From: an uncultured virus (IMG/VR IMGVR_UViG_3300033141_003443)
Taxonomy: Duplodnaviria; Heunggongvirae; Uroviricota; Caudoviricetes
Length of the DNA: 64,000 nucleotides
Reading direction: 5' to 3' (one strand)
Virus record (IMG/VR): IMGVR_UViG_3300033141_003443
Coordinates: 1-64,000 of that record
Shown: positions 18,406-28,541 of the stretch, in pieces
Layout of the letters: every line of letters begins with the position of its first letter
How positions within the stretch are numbered: the stretch's first letter is position 1
Made by a program: the position numbers and the translations under genes
The notes under the pieces: model-generated
Databases searched by the model: none
The model's input: the letters and a program-made list of their open reading frames with translations, nothing else
What the model was told of the DNA's origin: nothing

Positions 18406-18427
18406 CCTAAGCCTTGTCTGTCTGATG

Positions 18428-18931
18428 TTAACTCTCCTTAGCATGATGAATCGTTTGCTGAGAATCTAACCAAATGGCTGTATTAATCAATATTTGGTTT
18501 ACCTCATTGGAGTATTTGAATCTCTTTTGATTTATTTCAATACTTTTTAAAAGATTGCCGTCATTATGCCGCATAGAGGCCGCTTTCCAATCACAAATTA
18601 ATTCGATTAAATCAATTAATGTCATATCTTTAATACCATTAACATGATGTTCTGGATGATGGCGGTTGTTAGCGTGGTGATGTTCAACAGCCGGCTTTAA
18701 TTTTTTCATACACTTTTTATATTCTGTGGAACCATAAGTAATCCCTCGAAGCTCTTTAGTATACTTATCAAAAATCTCTATTTCCGGAGTTTGTAATTTG
18801 GTCTGATCGTGATGCTCTCCCCGGAATAAGATTTCTTTTACAACAGTATTCAAATAATTTCTTACAGTTTCCATGTGACGCATAGTTTTGAAAATTGAAA
18901 TTTCTTTAATTTTCATTGACTTTTCCTCCAA
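18428..18931 (-). CDS. DUF5662 (HD-like) protein
   Basis: HDQTKL...HHHANNRHHPEH...DLIELICDWKAA. Confidence 0.8.
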   Translation of the reverse strand: MEEKSMKIKEISIFKTMRHMETVRNYLNTVVKEILFRGEHHDQTKLQTPEIEIFDKYTKELRGITYGSTEYKKCMKKLKPAVEHHHANNRHHPEHHVNGIKDMTLIDLIELICDWKAASMRHNDGNLLKSIEINQKRFKYSNEVNQILINTAIWLDSQQTIHHAKES

Positions 18932-19019
18932 GCTAACCGGAGAACATAGATAAAGCCTCCGTATTTGTGCTTTTTAAATTCACCCGGAATTCTTTTAAAA
19001 AAATTTATTATTTTTATAA

Positions 19020-19475
19020 TTAATTCCAATCAATTACCGTAACATTTGGACAGTATGTTTCAAGAATTGGCCTAACTTGTGACCACGCTAATTTACCACA
19101 ACCACAACCCACCTTTGGTATATACACAGGACGATTAATCCCGTAAGCAGTGCGTTCTTCCAATGTTTGAGGCTTTATGGCTCGATTCAAAAGTTGTGCG
19201 CTTCGAGTAATCAATTTTAAATCCGCAGGAGCCTTCCAATAATATTTAACGGGGAAAGTAATGATTGCTTGTTTATGAAAATACCCGGGAACATTTCCAA
19301 TAGTAGATAAATGCCAGCCCAATAAAAGGGGAAACTTTGGATATTTTTGTTTTGTTTGAAGAGCTAAACCTCGCCCCATGACAGCTTTGCCTTGCTTCGT
19401 AATAAACCCATTGGTCGGAACTACAACATATCCTTTTAGGTGGTATTCCCAAATGTTACCTTTAATTATCCGCAT
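19020..19475 (-). CDS. Macro domain (ADP-ribose processing) protein
   Basis: VVPTNG...AVMGRGLA...IITFPVK...PKVGCGCGKL.W. Confidence 0.85.
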   Translation of the reverse strand: MRIIKGNIWEYHLKGYVVVPTNGFITKQGKAVMGRGLALQTKQKYPKFPLLLGWHLSTIGNVPGYFHKQAIITFPVKYYWKAPADLKLITRSAQLLNRAIKPQTLEERTAYGINRPVYIPKVGCGCGKLAWSQVRPILETYCPNVTVIDWN

Positions 19476-19631
19476 CTTTAAACTCCTGCTTAAGTTTATT
19501 AAAAAAATTAGTCATAAAATTAATGGAATTATTCTTAACTGATAAACTTCGAATATCTTGTTTACAAATATAACAATAGGTTCCAAGAATATACCCTCCG
19601 CATAAAGGACAAATATGTGCCTCAGTCATCT

Positions 19632-20165
19632 TTAAAACTCCTGTAACATTCTTCGATAAATAAGAAAAGTATTTCTAGCGTCATCACATGCTTGATGTTT
19701 CTTACCTTTGAATTCCATATTAAATTTTATTAGGGCTTTGGATAAGCCTGCCTGATATTGTTGATTACGGGCAAACCTTAAAGAAACAAAAATAGTTTTC
19801 GCGTCAATCCAGCGTCTTCCAAATAAGTAAATTTCATCATCTGAATAATTTAATTGTTTTTTAAGTTCAATAGAATCACCACCGCCCCAGCATAAACAAT
19901 TCCGGAAACATTCATGACGTTTGTGCATTTGGGTTAATTGTTCATATGCTTGTTCAAGACTAATTCCCCGATCTGTATCTTTTTGTCGAATTCCCGTAAG
20001 ATTTATGATATATTCACTAATTTGTTCATCAACCTTAATATGAGCGGAATATTCTTCTAAGATTTCCCCGGAATCCAAATTACCTACAACAGCCCCAACC
20101 TGAATAATTGATCCAGAGGGCTGATTGTGTTCCAAATCTAAGGCTATAAAATTACGATTAATCAT
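19632..20165 (-). CDS. DEDDh 3'-5' exonuclease
   Basis: ALDLE, LTGI, WGGGD, HQACDDA. Confidence 0.85.
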   Translation of the reverse strand: MINRNFIALDLEHNQPSGSIIQVGAVVGNLDSGEILEEYSAHIKVDEQISEYIINLTGIRQKDTDRGISLEQAYEQLTQMHKRHECFRNCLCWGGGDSIELKKQLNYSDDEIYLFGRRWIDAKTIFVSLRFARNQQYQAGLSKALIKFNMEFKGKKHQACDDARNTFLIYRRMLQEF

Positions 20166-20737
20166 TTTTTATAAACCAACATATATTCTGAACTCTGAAG
20201 TAAGTACAAATAAAGGAGATGTGTTGTTAGCTCAGTATGCGTTTTTGTACCGAAGGTCACACATAAAACTTCTTTGTACCAGTAAGCAACCCGATTAATA
20301 CAAATCTCGGCCCGGGGCCATTCCAAATAACGACCAAAAAGCTGAATCCCCGTCAACCATGTTAAGGTCTTACCAAGGATATTTAATACATCATATCCCC
20401 GGCCAATATCTTCAAGAGCGATTGTTTTCAAAGTCTGTAATTGTTCACTTGTTAAATTCCTTTTACGAAAGATAATCTGGTGAGTCTTTGGATTCCAATC
20501 AGCCAGTTCTACCTTAGTCTGTTGTTCGATAATATCCGTCTTACCCGTGAAACCACTAAAACCGTTATTAATTATCATAGCAACATGATAATAGTTTACT
20601 ATGTCCTGTTTTCGAATAATCGCCCGCCAAAGATACTGGTACCATGTTGGGGCGGTCATAAAAAATTTAACAATCTTTGCAGCAGTTTTATTCGAGTCCT
20701 CTAAAATAATATCACCTATCTGAGGCACATAATCCAT
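20162..20737 (-). CDS. Permuted papain-like (YaeF/YiiX, C92) amidase
   Basis: GDIIL, YYHVAM, IGRGYD, EIC in His-before-Cys order. Confidence 0.65.
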   Translation of the reverse strand: MDYVPQIGDIILEDSNKTAAKIVKFFMTAPTWYQYLWRAIIRKQDIVNYYHVAMIINNGFSGFTGKTDIIEQQTKVELADWNPKTHQIIFRKRNLTSEQLQTLKTIALEDIGRGYDVLNILGKTLTWLTGIQLFGRYLEWPRAEICINRVAYWYKEVLCVTFGTKTHTELTTHLLYLYLLQSSEYMLVYKK

Positions 20738-21005
20738 GATCTCTCCTTTGTTCTTTTCCGCATACCGGGCAAATGATCTCTCCGGCAGAGATTAAAGAAT
20801 CACAATGAATACAGGTTGTGGTTTCATTTTCCATCATTTAAACTCTTTTTAAATTTTTCCAAAACTCGATTTTTTATAAAAAAGGACATTGAATAATCTG
20901 TATTCTTTTTTACTTCCTTGTTATCTAAATATAATGTTAATTTTCCCTTTTCAGAAACCAGAACAAAATGAATAATAGGTATTTTTGCCATAACCCAATC
21001 TCCTG

Positions 21006-21230
21006 TTAATTATCTTTACAGTGTAAAAATTGATAAACAATATTATCTAAAGTTTCTTTATTGCGATTATGACACATCAATAAATGTAATGCCGTATCTA
21101 TTGAATCCACTTGAAGTATTAACGCATAAATTCTTTCTGTTGAAGCCAGATTAAAATACACATGAATCGCTTTTGAAATTTGTTTTAATTCTGTACGTGT
21201 AAACTTAAAGAGTATTTTTCTTTCATTCAT
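21006..21230 (-). CDS. Hypothetical protein
   Basis: ORF in a co-directional array. Confidence 0.45.
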   Translation of the reverse strand: MNERKILFKFTRTELKQISKAIHVYFNLASTERIYALILQVDSIDTALHLLMCHNRNKETLDNIVYQFLHCKDN

Positions 21231-21376
21231 AATAAATAGACAGAGAGTCTTTGGTTGTTAATTAATTTTTTCTATCGTTTTACCTTCAGCATTAAGTAAA
21301 TAAACAATTTTATTTGTATAAATTGTTTGAGTAGACCTTTTATTTTCAGGGACAATTTTAATCATTACTCGATATT

Positions 21377-21559
21377 TCATAATAAGTTCATCCCATCATT
21401 TGAAAGCGCGACCATAACTATTACCGGATTTTCTTCGGCAGAGATACCCACACTTAAGGTTGTTGGCGAAACGGACGCCCCTAAATAACCATATTTTAAT
21501 ACGAGGGCCAAGAGCTCCTGTTCAAATGCTTTGGTTTTTCCATCTTTCTTTTTAGGCAT
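21377..21559 (-). CDS. Hypothetical protein
   Basis: ORF in a co-directional array. Confidence 0.5.
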   Translation of the reverse strand: MPKKKDGKTKAFEQELLALVLKYGYLGASVSPTTLSVGISAEENPVIVMVALSNDGMNLL

Positions 21560-21568
21560 AATAAAATC

Positions 21569-21820
21569 CTATTCTTGAGTCGTTAATTCTTTAATAACTT
21601 TTGCCAGAAGAATTTCTCGGGCCTCTTTTATTTTTACGGTATCTCGGATATTCTCAGGTGCAATATACTGAAGGGTTCCATAAAAGAGTCCTTGATAAGC
21701 TGCTTCCAAAATATAAAATCCACCTAAACAAGTTTGAGGAAACTTTTTAACCCGTTTTCCTTTACTGTTTATATAAAGCAAACCCTCTTCCAAAATATTA
21801 ATATCTTTTTTTAAGAGCAT
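21569..21820 (-). CDS. Hypothetical protein
   Basis: Overlaps the stop of the heptose kinase gene. Confidence 0.5.
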   Translation of the reverse strand: MLLKKDINILEEGLLYINSKGKRVKKFPQTCLGGFYILEAAYQGLFYGTLQYIAPENIRDTVKIKEAREILLAKVIKELTTQE

Positions 21821-22809
21821 AATTCCTCCGGTGTTACTACCGCTGTACCCATTTTGGAAACGACTATGCCAGCAGCTTTGTTAGCGAGTTTCGCTGCATC
21901 TAAGGGTTTCATTCTCACGGATAAAGCTAAGGTATAAACCGCAATAACAGTATCTCCCGCTCCGGTGACATCAACAATATCTTGTTTTTCCGCAGATAAA
22001 TGATTAACCCCATCATCTGAGAATAGGCATACACCTTGAGAGCTCATTGTTATCAAAAGTGTTTCTAACTCATAAGTCGTTCGTATAACCGCACCACGAA
22101 ATTTAAGTTGATTTATTTCATGTGAATATTTATCCTTGCCTAAAATAGCAAATTCGGTAAGATTTGGGGTTATTGCAGTAAAATGCCGGAATAATTCCAA
22201 ATCTGTTTTATGCGTATCTGCCGTAACAATCTTCTTATATTGCTTCTGTAAACAACTTATATGTTGTAAAAGCTCAGGATATACAACCCCTTTGTTGTAA
22301 TCTGAAATAATAATAGCATCAAAATATCTCATATGTCTATCCAAGTTTGCATGAAGAGCCTCTTTAAATTCAAGATTCTCTTCAACAGATGTTTTATTCT
22401 CATAATCAACCCTGAGTAATTGATGATTCTCTGAAATAAACCGAGTTTTGATACTGGTTGGAACAGTTGTGTCTTTCATTAAGAGATCAATATTAATCTT
22501 TGATAAACTCAACAAATTCTTAATAACTAAGCCCGCCGGATCATCTCCAATACGCCCAATAAGCCAAACCTTTGCTCCAAGACTACTGAGGTTTCTTGCA
22601 ACATTAGTGGCCCCACCTAACCGATAATACTGTTTCTTTTTATCAAGGATTGGAATTGGCGCTTCGGGCGAGACTCGTGTTACCGAGCCTTCGATATATT
22701 CATCTAAGATCACATCTCCAATCACCAAAATTTTTTGATTAGAAAAATCAATCAGATGTCGTTTCTTATACCTTATCATAGCTTTTTTATGTTTTTGCAT
22801 ATCACACAT
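21811..22809 (-). CDS. rfaE1: D-glycero-D-manno-heptose-7-phosphate kinase (HldE/RfaE domain I, PfkB family)
   Basis: ILVIGDVILDEY.EGSVTRVSPEAPIP, GGATNVA, SDYNKG, DVTGAGDTV. Confidence 0.9.
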   Translation of the reverse strand: MCDMQKHKKAMIRYKKRHLIDFSNQKILVIGDVILDEYIEGSVTRVSPEAPIPILDKKKQYYRLGGATNVARNLSSLGAKVWLIGRIGDDPAGLVIKNLLSLSKINIDLLMKDTTVPTSIKTRFISENHQLLRVDYENKTSVEENLEFKEALHANLDRHMRYFDAIIISDYNKGVVYPELLQHISCLQKQYKKIVTADTHKTDLELFRHFTAITPNLTEFAILGKDKYSHEINQLKFRGAVIRTTYELETLLITMSSQGVCLFSDDGVNHLSAEKQDIVDVTGAGDTVIAVYTLALSVRMKPLDAAKLANKAAGIVVSKMGTAVVTPEELCS

Positions 22810-23043
22810 TTATTTTCTCATTTCCTTTTCATAATAGTCAGAGTCTTTATTTAAGCGGGATTTCCCGTCTTTATTCATATTCCAAGGATCAGAAACCTCT
22901 TTCATAATCGGTAAGATTTCCTTATCCTGTTCTAAGGCTACTTTAGATTTTCGTCTTAATCTTCGATTATTTTTCCGCTTATCGAATTTTTCACTATCCC
23001 CACCATGACCAGAAAAGGGACGGTTTTTTCTTGACCTACTCAT
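22810..23043 (-). CDS. Small basic hypothetical protein
   Basis: MSRSRK...SEKFDKR.NNRRLRR...DPWNMNKDGK; directly downstream of a promoter. Confidence 0.65.
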   Translation of the reverse strand: MSRSRKNRPFSGHGGDSEKFDKRKNNRRLRRKSKVALEQDKEILPIMKEVSDPWNMNKDGKSRLNKDSDYYEKEMRK

Positions 23044-23053
23044 GTCTTCTCCA

Positions 23054-23082
23054 AGTATACCATATTAATTTTGATTTGTCAA
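23054..23082 (-). promoter_or_regulatory. sigma70 promoter TTGACA-17-TATACT with extended -10
   Basis: TTGACA aatcaaaattaatatgg TATACT. Confidence 0.8.
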
Positions 23083-23345
23083 GAAATATCTTTGGCAACT
23101 CGCCAAGCAATTGCCTGACGGCCCTCTTTCTTAACATAAGCCTTTTTGACTAAGCCTTTACCTCTAAGTTCTTTGACCCTCGGAGTAACACAATTAATTG
23201 GCAGTCCGGTAAGGTGGGCTATCTCCAAATTGGTTACCGGAAAAGGATGGTTAATTAAGGCTTTCATAACCTGTGCTTGTTGCTTATTAATCTTTCCGGT
23301 TTTAATTAAGTCTTCATATGATATAAAAAACGTATTTTGTAACAT
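23079..23345 (-). CDS. Winged-helix DNA-binding protein
   Basis: TNLEIAHLTGLPINCVTPRVKELRGKGLV. Confidence 0.75.
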   Translation of the reverse strand: MLQNTFFISYEDLIKTGKINKQQAQVMKALINHPFPVTNLEIAHLTGLPINCVTPRVKELRGKGLVKKAYVKKEGRQAIAWRVAKDIS

Positions 23346-23378
23346 TTGATTCCTCCTATTATGTGTTATAATTGACGT

Positions 23379-23822
23379 TTAAGTCAACTTTGACTTATAT
23401 TCACCCGGGTTTAATTTCCGGGACTCTGTAATACGGTAACTGTCTTCATCTTTATGCGTCGTTGAAATCTCAAGAATTTTAGAAGCAAAAGTTCGAGAAC
23501 GGAATTTATGAGCAAGATATGGTTTGATTCTTATTTGATCTTTGTGTTTTAAAACTCTCATCTTTATTTTGGTTAAGTCAATTGAGGCTGTGGCTTGGAG
23601 AATATTTCCCTTCACTGACCATTTACTATCAGCAGATTTCCTTAAATCAAGATAGTATAATTCTACCTCGCCACAAAGAATATAAAATGTTTCATCTTTT
23701 TTAATATGATAGTGTAAACTGCACTCATAACCGCTATTTAGATTGAGATATTTTGAACAGTAGAATTCAGTATTTATTAACCAATCTTCACTACCCCAGA
23801 TTTTTTCAACATGGTTAATCAT
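23379..23822 (-). CDS. Cupin (sugar isomerase-like)
   Basis: VEKIWGSE...SLHYHIKKDETFYI..G...HKF...EIST.H.DEDSYR. Confidence 0.8.
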   Translation of the reverse strand: MINHVEKIWGSEDWLINTEFYCSKYLNLNSGYECSLHYHIKKDETFYILCGEVELYYLDLRKSADSKWSVKGNILQATASIDLTKIKMRVLKHKDQIRIKPYLAHKFRSRTFASKILEISTTHKDEDSYRITESRKLNPGEYKSKLT

Positions 23823-23961
23823 TGATCTTCTCCTTTACTCCAATTTCTTAGAATGTTTTCTGCTTCATGAATAACACCCGAAGATTTTGATAATGTTCCC
23901 GTTATGAATAATCGGTAATATACTGGTATTAATAGGATTGAAATTATAAAGATAATCCAGA

Positions 23962-24177
23962 TCATGTTAATTCTTTTTTAATCATAGCATTTATTACTTC
24001 AAGAGTTTTCTTACAATAAATCTGAATGGCTTGAATTTTATGTCTATCTGAATCGAAAGTTTGAGTAATCGTTAGTATGTGTTTCATTGGTTGTACGCAG
24101 GCCGCATCTAAACTCTTTGTAAGAGCATTTTTCATCTTTGGTGTAATTTTTACTGACACGCCTAAATCTTTTCCCAT
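23962..24177 (-). CDS. Hypothetical protein
   Basis: ORF after the primase-helicase. Confidence 0.5.
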   Translation of the reverse strand: MGKDLGVSVKITPKMKNALTKSLDAACVQPMKHILTITQTFDSDRHKIQAIQIYCKKTLEVINAMIKKELT

Positions 24178-24181
24178 TAGA

Positions 24182-26389
24182 TTAACCCTCCAAATAAGTT
24201 AAAAATTGGCCTTGTTTTAAAGCCTCTGTTTCTCGCTCGTTACACTCAATTAATCTATTATTATTAAAATTAAATTTATAAAACAGTGATCCATGTTCTA
24301 AATCACCAGTTTGATTTTTTGAAACAAATAATTCAAGGATTGGATGATACTTGCCCGCATCATCTTTCCAATGATAGTTTGTATCATGTTTATTTTTTGC
24401 GGTATGGAAGTTTGAATAAATTCCTGCCACAAATCTTGCAGCATACCAAAAATCACAAGTATCCTTAATATCCTTTCCTGACGGTTTATCATTAGCGGAT
24501 TTGGGTACTTCAGCCGTTGCAATCACCGGACAATTCATTTTTTGTGGAAGAGTCTTTAAATAAGAGGCTATTCGTTGAGCATTCTGCGTTGACTCTAACT
24601 CTCTTTTACCGGAGGCTCGTAAATCATGAATATTATCAATCACAAGTATAAAACGCTTTCCCCTATCCTCCGATATAGTTGAGTGAATCTTTACAAAATT
24701 ATCTAAACTGTCAGTTGTTTGAATATCTGAACCGTCTTTAATAATTAGATTTTCTTTTAAAATCTGTAATTTTTTCATTCCATTAAACCATTGTTCTTCA
24801 TATTTTTTATCGGGTTGACGAATATTTCGGGAACTTAAATTAGCGGCAATACTCATTAAACGGGGAATAATTGATCTTTTTGCTCCATCATCTAATGAAT
24901 AAAAAGCGACAAAGTTGTCTTTACTCTGAACAAGGTTGTAGACGAAATTAAGAAGAAACGCTGATTTACCCTGTTCTGGATGTCCGATAAATAAATATAG
25001 GGTATCCTCAAAACCACCAAATTTTTTATCAAAGATTGGAAAACCCGAAGTTCTTCCGGCAAAATTTTTATTCCAAGCCAACTCAGTAAAATCTTCTAAG
25101 AGTTCATCATAAGAATCCTTCTCCTGAACATATTGAATCATGTTGAAAGAGTCTTTATTATCACTTATATCATCAATGGATCGTGTTAGTTGTCTTTTAC
25201 CAATATTTAAAACTTTCGCACACTCATTGATATAACCCTCTTTACGAATAAGATTCGGACAGCCGGCGATAAAATCATAAATTTTGTTAGCTTTGATTAG
25301 GCCCTTATCATAATTTTGTAAGAGGTAAGTAATTGCCGGAATCTTCGGAAGATTATTAAACTCCTCCAAAGTGTGCTTCTTCATATATTCATCTGGATCT
25401 GGTTTTGGTTCTCCCTCAATAATTGGTACTTTAATAATTGAGATTTCCGTATCCAAATTCTTCATTCGTAATATAGTTCTTAAAAAGCCGTCCCGGGCCG
25501 TTCCTTTATAGAGGTTATCCGGATCAAGAGATAATCTGATTTTCTTTAGATTCATCTCAGCAATCTTTTCTAAATTCGAGTCATTTACAACATTGGTAAG
25601 ACAGGCCACGACATTCTGCTGTGGGTGTAAGGCAACGGCGTCGAATACACCTTCCACAATAGTTAGCTCCTCTTTCCCGCGAACTCTTTCAATATTAAAT
25701 AAATTGCTTCCTTTAATACAGATCTTGATATAAGGGTCATTATCCGTTGTATCAAACATTCGGATAATAATTCCAGTATATTGTTTATTCTCATCCCAGA
25801 TAGGAATAACTAAACCCGATTTATGAAATACCTGAAGTAATCTATAATCAAAGAGCATTTTAGATTCTTTGTTCATTTCCGAGGTAATATCTTCTGGGGA
25901 TAAGTACCCGATTTTCCAAGCTTGGATTTTCTCTTTTGTCAATCCGCGGCGTTTATAAAAAGGAACACCTTTACTCGGGTTTGGTTTTGTGCAAGAAAGC
26001 TTATGCAGCTTTTCAAGAAAATTTCTTTGTCTTTGATAAGCCTTCTCCTTTGCTGAGTATTCATATTCCTCATCAATAGGAATCCTATATTTTTTTGCCA
26101 AATCTTTAACAACGGAAAAAAAGCTTGAACCCTTAATGGCCTTCCCCGTCTTTAAAGAGTAGACATCAAAAATATCATAAGACCTACACTCAACAAAACA
26201 ATAAATCAATTTATTTTGAGAATCAGGCAAAAAGGCTGCGGAAAGCTTTCCCTCATCACCGTGATCGTGAGCCTCTGTATGCGGACATTGTACCTTAGTT
26301 CCGTTGGTTTTACAACCAAGTTCACTAAGGTATTCTGGTAATTTTGCCCGAATAAGTTCTTTTATCTTATTCAGATTTTTAATTCTCAC
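24182..26389 (-). CDS. DNA primase-helicase (Zn finger + TOPRIM + SF4/DnaB-like)
   Basis: CP..H...CF.C Zn site, IVEGVFD, DPD, KPDPDEY, Walker A GHPEQGKS, VIDNIH. Confidence 0.9.
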   Translation of the reverse strand: MRIKNLNKIKELIRAKLPEYLSELGCKTNGTKVQCPHTEAHDHGDEGKLSAAFLPDSQNKLIYCFVECRSYDIFDVYSLKTGKAIKGSSFFSVVKDLAKKYRIPIDEEYEYSAKEKAYQRQRNFLEKLHKLSCTKPNPSKGVPFYKRRGLTKEKIQAWKIGYLSPEDITSEMNKESKMLFDYRLLQVFHKSGLVIPIWDENKQYTGIIIRMFDTTDNDPYIKICIKGSNLFNIERVRGKEELTIVEGVFDAVALHPQQNVVACLTNVVNDSNLEKIAEMNLKKIRLSLDPDNLYKGTARDGFLRTILRMKNLDTEISIIKVPIIEGEPKPDPDEYMKKHTLEEFNNLPKIPAITYLLQNYDKGLIKANKIYDFIAGCPNLIRKEGYINECAKVLNIGKRQLTRSIDDISDNKDSFNMIQYVQEKDSYDELLEDFTELAWNKNFAGRTSGFPIFDKKFGGFEDTLYLFIGHPEQGKSAFLLNFVYNLVQSKDNFVAFYSLDDGAKRSIIPRLMSIAANLSSRNIRQPDKKYEEQWFNGMKKLQILKENLIIKDGSDIQTTDSLDNFVKIHSTISEDRGKRFILVIDNIHDLRASGKRELESTQNAQRIASYLKTLPQKMNCPVIATAEVPKSANDKPSGKDIKDTCDFWYAARFVAGIYSNFHTAKNKHDTNYHWKDDAGKYHPILELFVSKNQTGDLEHGSLFYKFNFNNNRLIECNERETEALKQGQFLTYLEG

Positions 26390-26778
26390 CTATACCTCCG
26401 AGTATTTTTAGTCTTTTCTATAAATCTACAATTTGAGTATTCATAATTTCCATCAGAGTCTTCTCGATCTATGCTTGCCCAAGTTAAAAACCGGGCTTTA
26501 TCCCTAAACCAGAGTTTCTTAATTTCTTCTTTAGTCAAAAGAAATTTGATCCCTCTACCACCATAATTTTTATACTGTTTATGCTTAGGATTAGTACACC
26601 TGTATTTAGCATGTCGCCAAGAATTCAACCAAGGTTGTTTAGCACGATATAATCGGTTCTTTTCTAAAAGAATTTCTTTATTTCTTCTATAGTATTCCCG
26701 AAAATAGTTTCCAAAGTATTCTGGATAGTCTTCTCTATATTTCTTTTGATAAATTTTATACTTTGCTTTATCTCGCAC
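26386..26778 (-). mobile_element. Free-standing HNH-type endonuclease, copy 1
   Basis: RCTNP...YGGRGIKF...KKLWFRDKA...SIDRED.DGNY...NCRFIE. Confidence 0.8.
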
Positions 26779-26799
26779 AGTAATTAACCTTTCACCAAA

Positions 26800-27402
26800 T
26801 TATTTAATAAAGACGAGACCATCATCCTTACCTTCATCAAATCCGCTGTCATTCTCAAAAGCATCAGAGTAGGGGTCAGATAAGCCTTTATAAGATTTTT
26901 TCCTCCCGCTTTCCTTTGGCTGGTTGTCCCGAGAGCTTTCAAGACCATACTTGGCTCTAAGAATATCCCCTAAAGAAGTCTCATCAGGAGCTCGACCGGA
27001 GACGGGTTTACGTCCATTTTTACGGATATCCGAATCTCCTCGGGGTGGTTTCGGGTTAATTATCTTTTGAGTTGGTGCATCTGGACGCTTGGCTGTCTTA
27101 ACTATAGGCTGGACTTTAGGTTTTAAAGGCTTCTGAATAACCCTTTTATCCGGTTCCTTGACCTCAACCTTTTTAACAGGTATGGGCTGGACAGGTGTTT
27201 TTACCAGAGTTACCGGAGCCTTAGTAATAACTGGTACAGGTTTTATTTCCGGAAATGGTTGAGCCTTAACAAAGGTTACAGAACCTTTTAAAATTTTTTT
27301 ACAGGTGACACAATAAGTATACTGAACGAGAATTGGCTCCGCATACTTTTTAGTGTGAACAAATTTATTTGCAAAATTTTTATGTAGACATTTTTTAGGC
27401 AT
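26800..27402 (-). CDS. Pro/Lys-rich hypothetical protein with N-terminal Cys/His cluster
   Basis: CLH...CVTC followed by a low-complexity region. Confidence 0.55.
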   Translation of the reverse strand: MPKKCLHKNFANKFVHTKKYAEPILVQYTYCVTCKKILKGSVTFVKAQPFPEIKPVPVITKAPVTLVKTPVQPIPVKKVEVKEPDKRVIQKPLKPKVQPIVKTAKRPDAPTQKIINPKPPRGDSDIRKNGRKPVSGRAPDETSLGDILRAKYGLESSRDNQPKESGRKKSYKGLSDPYSDAFENDSGFDEGKDDGLVFIK

Positions 27403-27415
27403 CAGATTCCCCTAA

Positions 27416-27820
27416 TTAAACAATTAATTTTGACCAACTATAAATCTCTACTGTCACCTTTTCGTTAGTCTCAATATTCTGTAATTTGGATTCTCGGCCC
27501 TCTGCTTTTAGTGGAAATTTTTTGTAATCCACAGGTTTGGCTTGATCTTTATGTTTTTCAACAGCCAAGAGAATCCCATTCAGTATTTTTCCATATAACT
27601 CTTTCATTGCAGCCTTGTCCAAAATCATTGCGGATTTTACGGTTAAGGGAATAACCGCCGCATATCCGGTACTTTGTTCAGCCACAGTAATGTGGTATGA
27701 AGGATTTCTCCCTCTAAAGGGGTTAAAATAGCAGTATGTCCTTCCATGAAACTTTGTCGTTTGAAAGATTAACTCAATAAAAGCCTCTTTACAAACAAGA
27801 TTTAATTCTTGTGGCAGCAT
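27416..27820 (-). CDS. Hypothetical protein
   Basis: ORF. Confidence 0.55.
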   Translation of the reverse strand: MLPQELNLVCKEAFIELIFQTTKFHGRTYCYFNPFRGRNPSYHITVAEQSTGYAAVIPLTVKSAMILDKAAMKELYGKILNGILLAVEKHKDQAKPVDYKKFPLKAEGRESKLQNIETNEKVTVEIYSWSKLIV

Positions 27821-28065
27821 TATGATCCCTCCGTATTATTTGGTCTTAATTGAAAGTCTCCATGAATTATTGCTGTTAAAAAAGATCTGTCGTTTGTGGT
27901 AATATTTTCGTCGTTTATGATAATATTTCCGTTAGAATCAAGTATAACAACTCCACACATACCCAATTTAATATTAACCCAACAGACATTAGGGATTACT
28001 TGACCCGTCCATTGACTTACTACAATAAACTTTTTAAAATCTGGATGATCTAGATCGATAAACAT
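27820..28065 (-). CDS. Hypothetical protein
   Basis: ORF with GAGG RBS. Confidence 0.5.
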   Translation of the reverse strand: MFIDLDHPDFKKFIVVSQWTGQVIPNVCWVNIKLGMCGVVILDSNGNIIINDENITTNDRSFLTAIIHGDFQLRPNNTEGS

Positions 28066-28220
28066 TATTTCCTCACTTTATCCCAACGGGATATTTGTAC
28101 ACGCCCGCGTTTTTAGAGTCTCCCGATGTTCTATACGGTACGCTTCGGCATATCTCAAAGACTTAAGCTTATGTTTTAACCGATAAGCCTCTTGATACCG
28201 ACTTCTCTCGATTTAAAGCT

Positions 28221-28445
28221 CTATGTGGCCTCTTTATCCATGGACTGATACATCTCAGCCTCTTTTTTAGTTGTTTCGTAAAAACCATCACCTTTAAAAA
28301 TTACCCCAGATCCGGTTCCGATAAAGCGATCTACCTCCGTAGACCCACATTTCGGACACTGCGTTTCATTTCGTTTAGACATGGGTTTAAACTCCTCATA
28401 TCTATGATGACATTTTTTACACTCATAAGGATATGTTGGGCACAT
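28221..28445 (-). CDS. FmdB-family zinc-ribbon protein
   Basis: PTYPYECKKC.HRYE...CPKCGS...FKGDGFYET. Confidence 0.85.
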   Translation of the reverse strand: MCPTYPYECKKCHHRYEEFKPMSKRNETQCPKCGSTEVDRFIGTGSGVIFKGDGFYETTKKEAEMYQSMDKEAT

Positions 28446-28541
28446 TTATTTTCTCCTTTAGAATAACATAATGATTTTGTAAATACCCTACAGTTAAGAT
28501 TTTATGATACGTTAGCATAACACTTCCTTATTAAGCGGGCC

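Noticed and set aside
18370..18420. tRNA gene suggested by GTTCGAATC on the minus strand
   Set aside because: The T-stem does not pair and no cloverleaf can be built. I found no convincing tRNA in the window.
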